This document shows, one piece after another, positions 9,025 to 22,020 of a stretch of DNA of 48,396 nt. The notes below the pieces were generated by a model that saw nothing but the letters and a program-made list of their open reading frames with translations, did no database searches and was not told the DNA's origin. How positions within the stretch are numbered: the stretch's first letter is position 1; every line of letters starts with the position of its first letter. Origin of the DNA: Vitrella brassicaformis CCMP3155 (Eukaryota; Protista; Chromerida); NCBI GenBank assembly GCA_001179505.1, contig CDMY01000577.1, forward strand, positions 1-48,396. The letters run 5' to 3'. The position numbers and the translations under genes are program-made.

Positions 9025-11243
9025 ATGTGTTTTCAAAGAATGCTCAGCACTCTTGTCACCCTCATGCACCTCACCATCACCATCTCGCTATCAACACGCC
9101 ATCTATCATCCGCCCTGCGGCCCTCAGTGGCAGATCGGCACCTGCCTGCATTCCAGCTGTCGGCCACTGACGCTCTGCAGATCTTCGGTCGTCTGGCTGG
9201 GGACTTTCGTGGCGAGCGGGGGATCTTTTGTTCGCACATCACGCCGGAGGGGGAGGTCCTATTCCAGGGCAAGGAGAGGGTCACTATGGCCGAATTCCGG
9301 GTCAGAAAGGACGCAGGAAGGAAGGGGTCGATGTGTGTCCTCACATCATCATGTGTCTGTGCCTGTGTGCGCTCAGGACCGGCTTGCCAAGCTGCCATTT
9401 ACATGGTGCGTGGGATGGGAGGGCACGCCACTGGGGGCGAGAGGAATGCACTCGCGTGCGTATGAAATATATGTGCATGTGCCGTGGTGTGTGGCGGTTC
9501 TGAATGTCAGGCCCGCCCTTTCTGACGGTGAGGCGGCCGAGGCCGACACTTTCATGCGCCGCCTGCTCAAGGTCGGTATCGACCCAAAGTTCGACTATAT
9601 CATCTCGGAGGAAAACAGACGGTCGACCAATGAAAGACTCAGGTGGGCAGGCAAGCAATGACAAGGACAGGACGCACTCAGCAGGTGCACACAGATGCTT
9701 GCCTACCTGCTGCCTGCCCTGCCCACTTGTTGCTCAGGTCTGGTCGCGTGAAGCGTTCGAATGCGTTGATGGCTCTGCTTGACCCTAACAAGCGCACGGA
9801 TGAGGAGCGTGTGGAGCGTGCTATTCAGCGAGTCAACGAGTTTATGAGCCTCGACCCGCCAAACCCATATGCCGTCTACGAAGGCAGGACTGAGAAAGGA
9901 AAGACAACCATCTGCATCAGTGTGCTCGTCTGATGTGTGCAGTGTTCGGTCGCTTTGCTGGAATGGACAAGGCACAGTACTTGCACAAGTGAGCAGCGCA
10001 CCACAAGACACATCCGTCCATCCATCCATCCACCCATCGTTTCCCTATCTGTTCGGACGTGACAACCAGGAACCAGTTCGGACGTGTCGTTGAAGCTTGG
10101 GGCAGCGGTGAGGAAGGCCACTCACACACTGCATTCACGCAGTGACATCCCCCATTCATTTGTTTCCTTCTCTCGCCTTTCAGAGGCCGACGGTCTAGAC
10201 TTCCCCAGCTTCCTGGTCTTCTGCGGCGTGCAGGCGGGCGTGGGCAGCGGAGGCAAACTCGTGGGCGCCACACAGAGAGCAAAAGACGCCGGCGAAGATC
10301 CACTCAGGTAGGAACCATCGGCAATGATCCACCCGCAATCCTGCCGACGAACACTCCCTGTGTGGTTTGGCAGCGATCTGTCTTTGACTGAGATCGAGCA
10401 GTTCCGCGCCAAGCTGATGAAGGGGCCTGGGCCTGATGGGGCGCAGGCACTTGAAGACGAGGACGCTTCGGTGTCCGGTGAGGACAGAGCCCAAAAGCTG
10501 GCCGCTGTGCTCAACAGCCCAGCGCCTGAGCTCGGACCCAGCCAAGAGGCAAGCAGCTGCTTGCCTGAGACCTAATGTGAACTTTCTTTCTGCATACACG
10601 CCATGCCGAGCTCTCCTTGTCTTCTGTTGTGTGTGTGTGACAGGTGTCATGGCTGGACACGCGGTGGCGCGAGCAGTTCAATGGTGAGCAGCTGGCGGAC
10701 CTGATAGTGCAGAAGTACGGCGTGCCGTACGTCATCCACCCCAACCGACTTGACTGGATGGGAGGGCGGCGAAAGATGTTCTACCAGATCACGTGGAGAT
10801 ACCTGGGCGAGCCGGGATTTGAAATGACCAAGGTGAGCTGAGCGGGACTCAGACCCGTGTGCGGCTTCGCGTGGGTGTATGGTCGTGTCCGTACGTTTGT
10901 GTGTGCAATGCAGGATCAGTATTTGGATCTGATGGAGACATTGGCGTATCTGTTGGTGCGATGGAACCGAGTCGACCACTTCAGAAACCAAGTGGCAAAG
11001 TCAGCACGCACCACCAACACCCACACCCACTCTCACACACACGTGTGCAGTGCATACGCAAACAAATGATTGATGCGTTGTGTCCACACGTGTGTTGTGT
11101 TGTGTCTGGTGGTGTGCAGGACCCGTAAGGTGCCTGATGCGTACTTCGGTCGTGCGGTGCCTATTGCTCTGGATGTGCCAGAAGAGGAGGTGTCGGTCGC
11201 ACTGCAGGAAATCGACAGGCTACAGGAGCTATTCGGCCTGTGA
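9025..11243 (+). CDS. Probable plastid-targeted protein with a C-terminal DUF3067 domain (multi-exon); the DUF3067 part may be a separate gene
   Basis: Hydrophobic then Ser/Arg-rich N-terminus (MCFQRMLSTLVTLMHLTITISLS-TRHLSSALRPS). Spliced C-terminus FNGEQLADLIVQKYGVPY...QITWRYLGEPGFEMTK-DQYLDLMETLAYLL...FGRAVPIALD matches the remembered DUF3067 pattern (TGQELRQLLLDKWG.SYD...MWKYLEQ.SFP.SE.EY...LGKAVSIPLD). Confidence 0.65.
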
Positions 11244-11928
11244 ACGAACGGGAGGACGTCTGTCTCTTGGCATTTTTCCGACGCTGGCTGCATGGGCAGT
11301 TTTGCATTGCACAGAGTGCCTGCCTGCGATGTCTGTCTGATTTATGGAAGACTTGCCTGCCTACCGTGCATCATACATATCATGCATTGCATCGGGCTGC
11401 GTGGCCACCGTGGGTTTTCTTTCCCTCTCTGTGTGTGTGTGTGTGTATGTTGTGTGTGATCCGGGGGGGGGTGCGAGCTGCTGTACATAACATACCAACT
11501 AGACAGACAGACCCGTAGTAGGGGAGGGAGGGAGGTGGCGACTTTCGATGCGCCTGCAAATGCAGCATTGTCACCTCCCTCCTTTGCCTGCCTCACTTGG
11601 CCACCCACTTGATGCGATGCCTACGTGCGTCACGGTTTGGTGCAGGCGTGTAGATTAAGCAAGCTGAGAACCAACCGGAGTTTGTGGTGAGCAAGTAACT
11701 TACAGCTGGTCAGCTGAGCTGCATACATTACACGGCTGGGCTGCCACGCCACGCCACCCTGTCTACTTCCTTCGTGTGTGCGTCCGTGCGTGTACAGAGA
11801 GGTGTGAATGCGTGCGTGTCTCCTGCTGGCTTCTCGGACACTTCCACTGCCACTCAATGATCGACTGATTTCTGATGTCTCACTTTATCCGACACACCAC
11901 ATATCATATCACGCACCTCTGTCCCATG

Positions 11929-12671
11929 TCACGACGCCTTAAGTCTTCCTGCCTGTTCTCCCCCCGTTGTCACTCGGGCACGAGTATCTTCCTCACTTCG
12001 AGCGTCTTGGCTTCTGTCGTGCTGTCTGCTATTCACTTCCTGGCGTGTCGATTGGTCCCGCCCCGCGATGTTGATGAGATGACTGACGCGCTGGCGGCAC
12101 TCGTGGCAGCGGTTGTTGACCAGGCGGGCCGCGCAAAGCCTGCAGGAGCGAGAGGCCCTCAGAAATGCAGGCACACATCTTTCACGACACACCTGCAGTA
12201 GAGATGGCCGCAAGACAGAACAACTTGCACTGGACAGTCACAGCACACTGGGCATGTCTCGAGCGTCGACAGGGGCGGCCCCTCGCTGAGACGCCGAGCG
12301 TACTCATCCCTCTCGGCCGTCACTCGACCCAAAGCCCGCACGAGGGTCTCGAAGTACCTTCGTTCCATAACGACATCACTCCCGGACAGTGCCGGTGTCT
12401 CCAGCTCCAAGTGCACCTCAGGTGGGGGAAAGTGACTGACTGGCGTCGGGGCTTGCGTTGGGGCTTCAGATGCGGGGGTCGGCCGGCTGCTGCTGGTGCT
12501 TGTTGCGGGCTGCGGTGGCCGGTCTGGTTGTATCTCCCCCCTGATCTGGTACGTCATGGGGGGGTGGCTGGCAACGAGCGCTCGCACTTGTTCATGTGAC
12601 AGAGCTCCCGAAGGCAGGACGTACGATGGGCCAGAGGGGCGCTGAGGGGGACCACCGGAGGAACTCGACAT
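11929..12671 (-). CDS. RING-HC (C3HC4) zinc-finger protein, putative E3 ligase (2 exons)
   Basis: One short intron (~12141-12194) completes CPVC...CGHLYC-RLC...CHEC. Pro/Ser-rich N-terminus and a short coiled coil precede the RING. Confidence 0.8.
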
Positions 12672-13329
12672 GTGGAGGTGTGGAGGCGATCCACATGACG
12701 TTGGAATTCAACGGCAGGAGAGCTGATGGATTGTATGCATTAAAACATGAACGTGACATGCAGTGCCGCATCGCATCCGTCATGTCATGCACACACGCAC
12801 AGCACATGGCATGGCATGAAGAGCAAATAAACACGAAATACACACCTACATAGACACATAGAAGCGAAACTCATGTCCGTACGCATCATCACATCGTTGT
12901 TCTGCCTGCTGGATGGGCACCGCACCGTGCTCAGACGCACGGAAATCAAATGCAGGTAGGCACCCATCCATCTGCGGCCTGTACTGGGCCGGCCAGAGAC
13001 GAGCACAGCACAGCACCCATCCCATCCATCCCATTTCTGTCTGCATCCATCGTCAGTCACTATACAATCGTCAATGCGTACCTGTGCTGTGCGTGGGTAT
13101 GGATGGTATGTATGCACACATATTCGTGTCTGCCCTGCCCAGGGATGCCCGTCTCTCCGTCAAAAGAAGCCCCCAGCCAGCTACCCAGCCAGCTACGGAA
13201 CAATCAATTCACCAAAAACGAGTATTTATTCATTGTCCCGTCCCAACCAATCAATCTGCAGATAGTTCCCCCCTCCCGCTACAGGTGGGCTGGGCGCCTG
13301 TCTGTGTGTCCATTCATGTGTCTACATAT

Positions 13330-14741
13330 CTACAGTTCGTCTTTCTCGGTGCTCTCGGGCGCGTCGAATGGCAGGTCCATGCCGTACTCGTGTGGATACC
13401 GCAAGAGCTCCCCGTAGTCGGTGAGCTTCGACTGCACCACACTCTCAAGCTTCTCCAGCATAGTTGCCAGCGTCAAGGACGCGTCTGCACATAACATACA
13501 CGCACACATACATACATACATACATACATACAAGGGGAAATAAATGGATGCAATGCAGCGCATAGGTTAGATGGGTGGTTGTGTGTCGTGCCGGTGGGTG
13601 GGCGGATGGGTCCCGGGGTGGGGGATTCTGACCTTCATCTAGTCCGGCGTCAGCGAGCATGTCGGTGACGTCCCTCTCGTGGTCGCCCTCTGAGTGCTGG
13701 ACGATGATGGCCTCGATTTCCTTTTCGTCGATGACGCCGTCCTTGTTGGCGTCATAGCTATCGAACTCCTTCTTCATGCTCTCCTCGTCCTCCTCAGACG
13801 CTGACAACGACACTCATGGGCATGCCTGATCTGCTTTACATCTGCCTCCATTTGTCTGGTGCATCTGTTAACTCACCCTCCTGCCCCTTGAACTCGGCGA
13901 AGCTGATCTGCCTGTTGCCATCCGTGTCCTGCTGCTGAAGAAGCACAGCACAACCACATCAGCAGCAGAGGCAATCAGCCGTCGATGCACATCGCATGCC
14001 GTTGGCCTCGCCTCTTTTCTCAGCTCACCTTGAGTATTTCGTCTATTTCGACCTTCATGAGAGCTGGATCTTCGCCCACATGCAGCAGCTTCTTGAACTC
14101 CTCAACCGTCAGCTTGCCGTCTGGATATACACACGACACATGCACGACACGAACAAGAGAGAGGTGCATGAGTGTGTTGAAAGCAAGACCGCTATTCTGC
14201 CACTCACCGCCGTCCTTGTCTACCGTCTTGAACCGAAGCTGCTCTCACACACCAACACCGACGCATCGATCGATCAGTGGCCTGCCTGCATGATCCCCGT
14301 TTCTTGCTCACTCACCGCAATATCCTCCTTGCCCTCTGCCGCCGCCGCCTCATCCTCGCCGAAGTATGCATCGTGCAATTCGCTGAGGTCGACAAATCCG
14401 CTCTTGTCCTTGTCGATGGCATCGAACTCGAGGTTGCTCTGCCGCATCTGCACCTGTGGGTGGAGCCTCTTGAGCCACTCGCTCATCTCCTTCTTGGTCA
14501 GCTTGCCGTCGCCGTCCTTGTCCAGCACCGGGAACAGCTTGCTCATCCGCTCCTCTATCTCAGGGCGCGCCAAGCCCAGCGAGTCCTCCAGCCCCTCGGT
14601 CTCGTCCATCATCTCGTCCGCCATCTCGTCGTAGCCGAAGTCACCCTCGGCCTCCTCGCCGAACGTGATGTCGTCCTCATCCTCCTGAGCCACCGACGCA
14701 GCCACCAGGAAGGCACCGAAGATCAGCAGTGATAATCTCAT
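13330..14741 (-). CDS. ER-lumenal multi-EF-hand Ca2+-binding protein (CREC family, apicomplexan ERC-like)
   Basis: Signal peptide MRLSLLIFGAFLVAASVA. EF loops DKDGDGKLTKKE, DKDKSGFVDLSE, DGKLTVEE, DTDGNRQISFAE and DANKDGVIDEKE. C-terminal KDEL-stop at 13330. Confidence 0.92.
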
Positions 14742-14910
14742 TTCTCCTTCAGCAAATGCTATAGTCCCAAACAGCTGCAGTCTGTCGGAGATGCTGCACG
14801 GCTGTGGGGGGGGAGTGTGGGATCGTCTTGCGAGCTTGGATCTGCAGAAACAATGAACAGCAAGATCCACGACTTCGCCAGCATCTCCGTGTCCTTGTTT
14901 GTGTTGTGGG

Positions 14911-16830
14911 ATGGTTGATCTGTACAAACAAGCTGAGGTGTCCCTTCGCGAGGCCGTCCTTGGTCAGGACTGGAGCCGTGTGAGAGAGTGGAGGCCCTCA
15001 GTTGTGGATGCGCGGGGCGAAATTGGCAGCATGGATGAATTAGTTGACTCGAGTGCAGAGGGGCCGCCTGCAATGACAGAAAGGCAACGACGGGAGGCAT
15101 ACCGACTGAAGACGCTTCCAGGTGGGAAACATGGGAGGGGACGCAGGGCAGGGACGAAGGAGAGCTGAGATCTGGACGGACGGTGATGAATCAATCAATC
15201 GTTTTGGTGTGTGTATTCACTGATTGACTGTGAAGGTTGTGTGTTTCTGCCGGCCTGGCTGAGTGAGGATGAGCAGCTTCTTCTGGCCCACGAGTGCGTC
15301 ACATCCTACATTGAGGCGAGCAACCAAGCCAGCGCACGAGCAGCCAGTGAGTGATTTATAAAGCAGCCAGTACTGCCTATTTGCTGTTTGTGTACTGTAA
15401 TCACAGCCCCCACACAGGACCAATCTCACCGGGTTCGAGGAGGCGGCACGGGAATTCTGGCGTACGTACGCACACTCTCAGCTATCTGCCGGGTGTAAAT
15501 AGAGGTCTGCGCATCTGCTGCTGTCTGTTCGGCTTTCAGCGTCAAATGAGCCAATGTTCACCAGGCTGCGATGGGCCACCCTGGTTGGTGAGAGGAACGC
15601 AAACAAACCTATCTGAGGACATGATAGGTGAATGGTGTCTGTCTGTCTCTGTCTTAGGGCTACCAATACAAGTGAGTGTCTGCGATGCGGCACCTACCTC
15701 CCTCCCCGTCTATCCCCTCCCATCATCATTCATCATGCCCTCCCTCTCCATTCCATTCGTTCGTTGCTTCGCCCGTCCATCAGCTGGACTACCCGCCAAT
15801 ACGACGACCGCCTGCCCTTCCCATATGGGCTCACGTGTCTCTGTCAGGAGATCATGACAGAGCTATCGCGCCAGTGTCCGCTGCTGGCTCAAGAGCTGCA
15901 CCTGACCGGCGACTACACACCGCAGGTCAGATCAGATCTATTGGGTCTCTGGGACAAAGGACCAGAGAGCGTCACCTCACCCGACGGTCAAACGAATGCA
16001 CACAGCTATCTTATCATTCATGTCATGTAGGCGGCCATAGTGAATCTCTACCGGCGGACCGACCGACTGAGAGGTGGGGAAGCACACCTCGCCAGTTGGT
16101 GACCGATCGATCGATCGATGCGGAAATATGCGGTGCGCGTGTGGCTGGCAGGGCACCAGGATGATGCCGAGACCGACACCACTTCGCCGCTCGTGTCCAT
16201 TAGGTAGGTACTTCTCGCCTCATGGTTACTCACAGTGTCCACACACGTGTCCCGTCCCCTGCCTGCGTCCCCTGCCTGCGTCCCCTGCCTGCTTTGTTCG
16301 CAGTTTGGGTTTGCCTGGCCTCTTCCTCGTTGGTGGCGACACAAGACAGTGAGTGAGCTGGCGGCTGAGGGAGGCAGGGAGGCAGTCAGAACAGAGCGAC
16401 ACCAATATGTGTGTGCGCTGCGCTATTCAGGCTGTCTCCCCAGCCCGTGGTGCTTCGCGGAGGCGACGTACTGCTGCTGGCCAGCACAGCCAGGAAGTCT
16501 TTCCACGGTACGCAGGCAGGGTGGTGGGACGGCACACACACCCTTGCCAAGAAGTATGCTCGGTTCTTTCTGTTTTCCTCAGGCATAGCGGCCATTATGG
16601 AGCCACAACCTGATGCCGACACACATGGCGGGCCAGACGGAGGGGAGCCAGCCCCGCCAACAGCGGCGGGTGCCGGTGCCGGTGCTGGCAGGAGGTGGCA
16701 GGAATCGACTGCAGTGGGGTCGTTGGAGGGTTTGAGTGGTGATGAGCGTGTGAGGCTGATGGACCTGCTGGCCAAGACACGTATCAATCTGAGCATCAGA
16801 CAGGTCAACCAGGGGGGCAGAGTGACGTGA
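14911..16830 (+). CDS. ALKBH1: AlkB homolog 1-like 2OG/Fe(II) nucleic-acid dioxygenase (many short exons)
   Basis: Spliced motifs PPHRTN, RLRWATLGYQY-WTTRQY, AAIVNLYRRTDRLRGHQDDAE (HxD), SPLVSISLG, LRGGDVLLLASTARKSFHG (distal His) and RINLSIRQV. Start approximate. Confidence 0.88.
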
Positions 16831-17716
16831 CCGTTCTGGGTGAGGGATGCGACAGGTCGCCTAGCTCTGGTGGTCGATGCAATCAATCATGTGGTGCTGA
16901 TGGTTTCTTGTCAGTGACTCTCGTGCATTTCCTTGACAGCAGATTCCGTGTGTCCATGTGTGCATGCATCAGTAATCACACTCCTACGCAATCAGTCCGA
17001 TGCCCACACACATCCACACAACACACGCACACACACCCGTGACAGTCAGCCGATCCTCACCACTCAGAAAAGGCAGTCTGCCGACTGGCCGTAGTAGACC
17101 ATCAGCCAGACCCCCACATGCATACACAGACACACACATCTCACAGCAGGCAGGCTTTGATGGACAGCGAGGCAGGAGTGCTGTCCACGCACGATGGCGA
17201 ATTAGGAGAGGGGAGGGGGCATGCAGACATGAAGACACGGGGACATGGCCACATCATGCACATGTCATGGTATCCATTCCATACGCCAGCCGGCCGACCA
17301 ACACAACAACTCAGCAAGCCAGCCGATGTGGCTACCTACCGGCTGCAGCCATGCACCTGAACTGCACACAGACCGCAGCGCTCTGAGTCAGTCGGCGGGG
17401 CGAGAGCGGCAGAACTTCCCCACCCCCCACAAGCCAATGAGTGAGGCCCACGCGCAGCTCAGCTGGTGGGCTGCTCATTTCGGCCATACACAAACACGAC
17501 AGACAGCCACAGTCACACAGGCAGCGTAGCCCATCACATAGCCACCCAGCCAGAGCAACCACGCACTCAATCCATCCATCCATCCATGTGCAATACTCTG
17601 ACGCATCCATCGGTTCAACCCCCGCTCAGCTGCCGTATGGCCTCTCTCCCACCCGCCCCTCTGCAATGCAATGCACCGTCTCCCTCTCCAGTCTGTGTGT
17701 GTGTGTTGTGTGTTAT

Positions 17717-19088
17717 CTAAGATCCTCTGTCCTTGTTGCCCGTGTGGGCACTCCACAGCCCCTCTCGGCCCAGCAACTCCGAGTACTCGTCGCTACCTGA
17801 TCAACGCACACACACAGACACCCAATCATACAGACAGACGAGTGATGCAGATCGACAGGAGCCAGGGGATCTGTGCTGTGTTGTGTTGCTTACCTCCGCT
17901 GGCCTCTTGGCCGTCGTTGGGATGCATATCGTCGTCATCGTCACCGTCATCGCCACCATCAACGTCTCCATCTGTAGCATCCATCCATCCATCCATCCAT
18001 GTGTGTGTGTGTGAGTGTATGTCCTGCTCTCTCCCCACCGTCATCGTCGTCACCGTCGTCACCCTCAGCCTCACTCTCGCCACCGCCGTCCTCATCTACA
18101 CCACACAGACAGAGAGGGCCCATCCATCCATCCATCCATCCATTCTCATGTGTGTGTCCCTTCCTCCATCCACCAATGTGCCTCCCTGCCTCTGTGCGTA
18201 CCATCGTCGCTGTCATCCACCTCCCACTCTGATGGCTCGTCTTGCACTACTTGGCCGTCGAAGACGACTTCAAGTCCTCGCCCCAGCGCCTCACTGCCCA
18301 GCTGAGTCGTCTGGCGGAAGCGGTCCTTAAAGGCACCGCTCGCACACACAGGTGCCTCGGTCGTGAAAACAAAAACCAACACTGCAGACAGTCAGACAGA
18401 CGACACTGATGACATTTGACCAGCAGAGCTGCCTGTCTGTCGGCCTGACTGTCTGTCACCTGATCTGTCGGCAACATCGCCAAGACGAATCCCCGCGACG
18501 AAGTTGTGGCTGCTATCGGTCAGCACCAGCTCCAGCACCCGCGCACCACTGTAGCTGAATGTGGTGGTGCATCCGGCCACCGGTGTGTGGGGCGACTGGG
18601 TGAGGAGGTCATCCAGACGGCCGCCACCAACACGCTTGAACCACACACACACACACACACACAATCAGACACGCACCCCTCTCGCCACTGGTTCCATTCG
18701 TGTGGTACCTGTTGAGGTGTATCGATGTGCGATTGATCGGGTGAGTCCAGCAGAAGTGGTCGTAGATCATGCCCTTGGCGAACGACGACACCGACGACAC
18801 CGACGCATCGGTGATCCCGAAACTCGACACCCATCTGCGGCCGTTGTAGTAGATGCCGCTACGCACTGGTGGGTCATGCTGCTGTCGGTGCCGCTGATAC
18901 AGATGGTGGGCAGCGAGGGGCGGGTTGACGTCCAGCCGGAAGCCGGGCTCGTCCTTGATGGCCCGCACCTCACCGTTGGCACGGCGGAGGAAACGCAGGC
19001 AGCTGCCGTCCCTGAACCGCACATGGCGGCCGACCACCCTGAGCTGCGCCAACACACGGGGAAGCGACATGTACGCCTACACGACACA

Positions 19089-19137
<49 letters not shown>

Positions 19138-19604
19138 AGGCCTCTCCGCCTTCTCTTCGCCCCCCCTCTGTGTGTGTGCCTTACCGTCTTGCTCCAGTGT
19201 TTGTTGATGTCGTCTGCCGTGAGGCTGAGAGGCAGCGTGCAGCAGTCGCACTGGCTGGCCAGCTGCAGCACCTCAGCGGCCTCGTCCCACCTCTGCTCTT
19301 CCACCATCCAGATGGCCGCCAGCAGCTCACGCGGTTCAGACACCGTCTGGGCGTCGAAGGTCAGCACCGCGTCTAGCTGGTTGCCGTCAGCGAGGCGAAT
19401 GCGATGCAGTGAGCGGTTGAGTCGGCTGCGGAGGACCTGGGCGGGGAAGTCGACCTTGCTGAAGAACAGGGCCGACCTCCTGATGTTGCCGAGGTCCTTC
19501 AGGGTGTGCAGGCCATCGCGCTCGTCCCGATAGACGACGTCGAGCACCTGGCCGTTGAGGGCGGGCGATACCTCGTCGGTGCTCTTGCTGTTGACCGCAC
19601 CCAT
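17717..19604 (-). CDS. Lineage-specific (Vitrella-type) expanded-family protein, paralogue A; N-terminal MGAVNSK myristoylation-like motif
   Basis: Exons read MGAVNSKS...VLQLASQCDCCTLPLSLTADDINKH / AYMSLPRVLAQLRVVGRHVRF.DG / GRLDDLLTQSPHTPVAGCTTT / TTEAP. Homologous to paralogue B and to the gene at 45772. Confidence 0.7.
19084..19132. repeat. Compound (CA)n(GA)n intronic microsatellite, typical of introns across the window
   Basis: acacac...acagagag...gag read directly. Similar tracts at 30361-30388, 42477-42514 and 42850-42900. Confidence 0.95.
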
Positions 19605-20256
19605 CGCACTCGCAAAGGCTACTTGCTACGCCAGGGAATCGCCGTCATTGAAGCTCGCAATGAATGACGATCGAATTCATTGCTGCGCATTGCTCCCCTA
19701 GATGGCGAGAAGTGCGTGTGAGTGTTGCGAATCCCTCCCAGTGAGATGATGTGTGTGGGATGGCCGCCATGGGCAACACACCTGTCAGTCAGTCAGTCAG
19801 TCCATCAACACAGTCAGGCAGACAGGCCAATAAATTCATGTGGGCGACAGAGAGAGAGGGGAGAGCCAGCCATCGTCATGCATCCCCACGACCGACATGC
19901 CCAGGCCGGCCACATGTGACTGAATCAATGAACGCGTCAGTCAGGTGCCACACCATGATCCCTGGCCACGCAGGCAACACAGACACTTCACGAGAGAGAG
20001 AGGCCATCGATGTGTACAGACACATTAATTCCGTATACATGTACAGAGATCGAGGGCCATGCATAAACACAGACAGCGTAGCCCATCACATAGCCACCCA
20101 GCCGGAGCAACCACGCACTCAATCCATCCATGTGCAACACTCTGACGCATCCATCGGTTCTACCCCCGCTCAGCTGCCGTATGGCCTCTCTCCCGCCCGC
20201 CCCTCTGCAACGCACCGTCTCCCCTCTCCAGTCTGTGTGTGTGTGTTGTGTGTCAT

Positions 20257-22020
20257 CTAAGATCCTCTGTCCTTGTTGCCCTTGCCGGCCGGCGCGTGGG
20301 CGGAGTTGGGAGCGCCCTGGCCCTTCTCGCGGAGTTCCCGTATTCCAGGGGACACGCGCACCCCCACCCCCTCACCGCCCCGGCCCCCGCAGCTGGGCTG
20401 CCCTGTGTGGGCACTCGACGGCCCCTCTCGGCCCAGCAACTCCGAGTACTCGTCGCTACCTGATAACACACACACACGCAGACACCCAATCAGACAGACA
20501 GACAGACGAGTGATGCAGATCGACAGGAGCCAGGGGATCTGTGCTGTGTTGTGTTGCTTACCTCCGCTGGCCTCTTGGCCGTCGTTGGGATGCATATCAT
20601 CGTCATCGTCATCGCCACCATCAACGTCTCCATCTGCAGCATCCATCCATTCATCCATGTGTGTGTGTGTGTGTGTGTGTATGTCCTGCTCTCTCCCCAC
20701 CGTCATCGTCGTCACCCTCAGCCTCACTCTCGCCACCGCCGTCCTCATCTACACCACAGAGACAGAGAAGGCACATCCATCCATCCATTCTCGTGTGTGT
20801 CTCCTTCCCTCCCTCTGTCTGTCCGTACCATCGTCACTGTCGTCGGCCCCCCTGCTGCTGCGGATGCTGGGGCTGTTGCGGCGGCTGTTGTCCGTCGAAC
20901 ACGTATGGTGCCACTCGCTCAAAGGCCACACGGGCCAGCTGAGCGGTCAAGCGGAAGCGGTCCTTGAAGGCACCGCTTGCACACACAGGCAACTCGGTCG
21001 TCTCGACTTGAAGCGCCACTGCAGACAGTCAGACAGAAGACACTGATGAAATTTGACCAGCATAGCTGCCTGTCTGTCGGCCTCACCGCCGTTTCCCTCA
21101 TCCAGAATCCAAATCCATACGACGAACTTGTGGCTGCTGTCGGTGAGCACCAGGTATCGCAAACGACCGTCTTGACTGAATGTGGTGATGCATCCGGCCA
21201 CCGGTGTGTGGGGCGACTGAGTGAGAAGGTCATCCAGACGGCCGTCACCAACACGCCTGAACCAACTGCGCACACACACAATCAAAGCACCCCTCTCGCC
21301 ACTGCTGCCATTGGTGTACTACCTGTTGAGTCTAGTAAATGTGCGATTGGTTTTGTGGGTCATGAGGATGAGGAAATGGTCGAGGATCGCACGCTTGGCG
21401 AAGGACGACACCGACGCATCGGGGAACGGGTCACCCACCGAAACCCATTCGCCACGCACGGAAACTGGCGGGTCATCCTGTCGTCGGTGCCGCTGGTACA
21501 GATGGTGGGCAGCAAGGTGCGGGTTGAGGGCGAGCCGGAAGGCGGGCTCGTCCTTGATGGCCCGCACCTCACCATTGGGATGGCGGAAGATCTGCAGGCA
21601 GCTGCCATCACTGAACCGCACACGGCGGCCGACCACCATGAGCTGCGCCAACACACGGGGAACCGACATGTACGCCTACACGACACACACATGGATGGGT
21701 AAACGCGGCCCTTTCTTGCCCGCCCTCCCGCCTGTGAGTCCCACCGTCTCGTCGGCGTGTTTGTTGATGTCGTCAGCAGTGAGGTTGACGGGCAGCGTGC
21801 AGCAGCCGCACTGGCTGGCCAGCTGCAGCACCTCAGCCACCTCCTCCCAGCTCCGCTCCAGCAAGTAGACCACCTTGAAGCCACTCTCGAGGTCACTGAT
21901 GGTGAAGGACAGGACGTCCTGCAGGCCAAGACGGACCAGCTCCTCCTCTATGTGCTGCTGGACGAGCTCGAGCATCAAGTTCACGTCAGCGGAAGGGAAC
22001 TTGTGATCTGTGCCGTGACT
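20257..22020 (-). CDS. Lineage-specific expanded-family protein, paralogue B (5' end uncertain)
   Basis: MLELVQQHIEEELVRLGLQDVLSFTI...VLQLASQCGCCTLPVNLTADDINKH / AYMSVPRVLAQLMVVGRRVRF.DG / GRLDDLLTQSPHTPVAGCITT. The upstream MAMSADD start is out of frame. Confidence 0.65.

Larger units (their letters stand above)
17523..21850 (-). repeat. Tandem segmental duplication: ~17523-19290 vs ~20074-21850 (offset ~2.55 kb)
   Basis: Shared start cagcgtagcccatcacatagccacccagcc at 17523 and 20074; collinear exons, introns and 3' UTR; similarity stops near the 'W.E.AEVLQLASQ' codons. Confidence 0.92.

Noticed and set aside
19643-19683. Two mutually exclusive short hairpins upstream of paralogue A
   Set aside because: Stems of 7 and 9 bp can arise by chance in 48 kb, and nothing else supports a switch.
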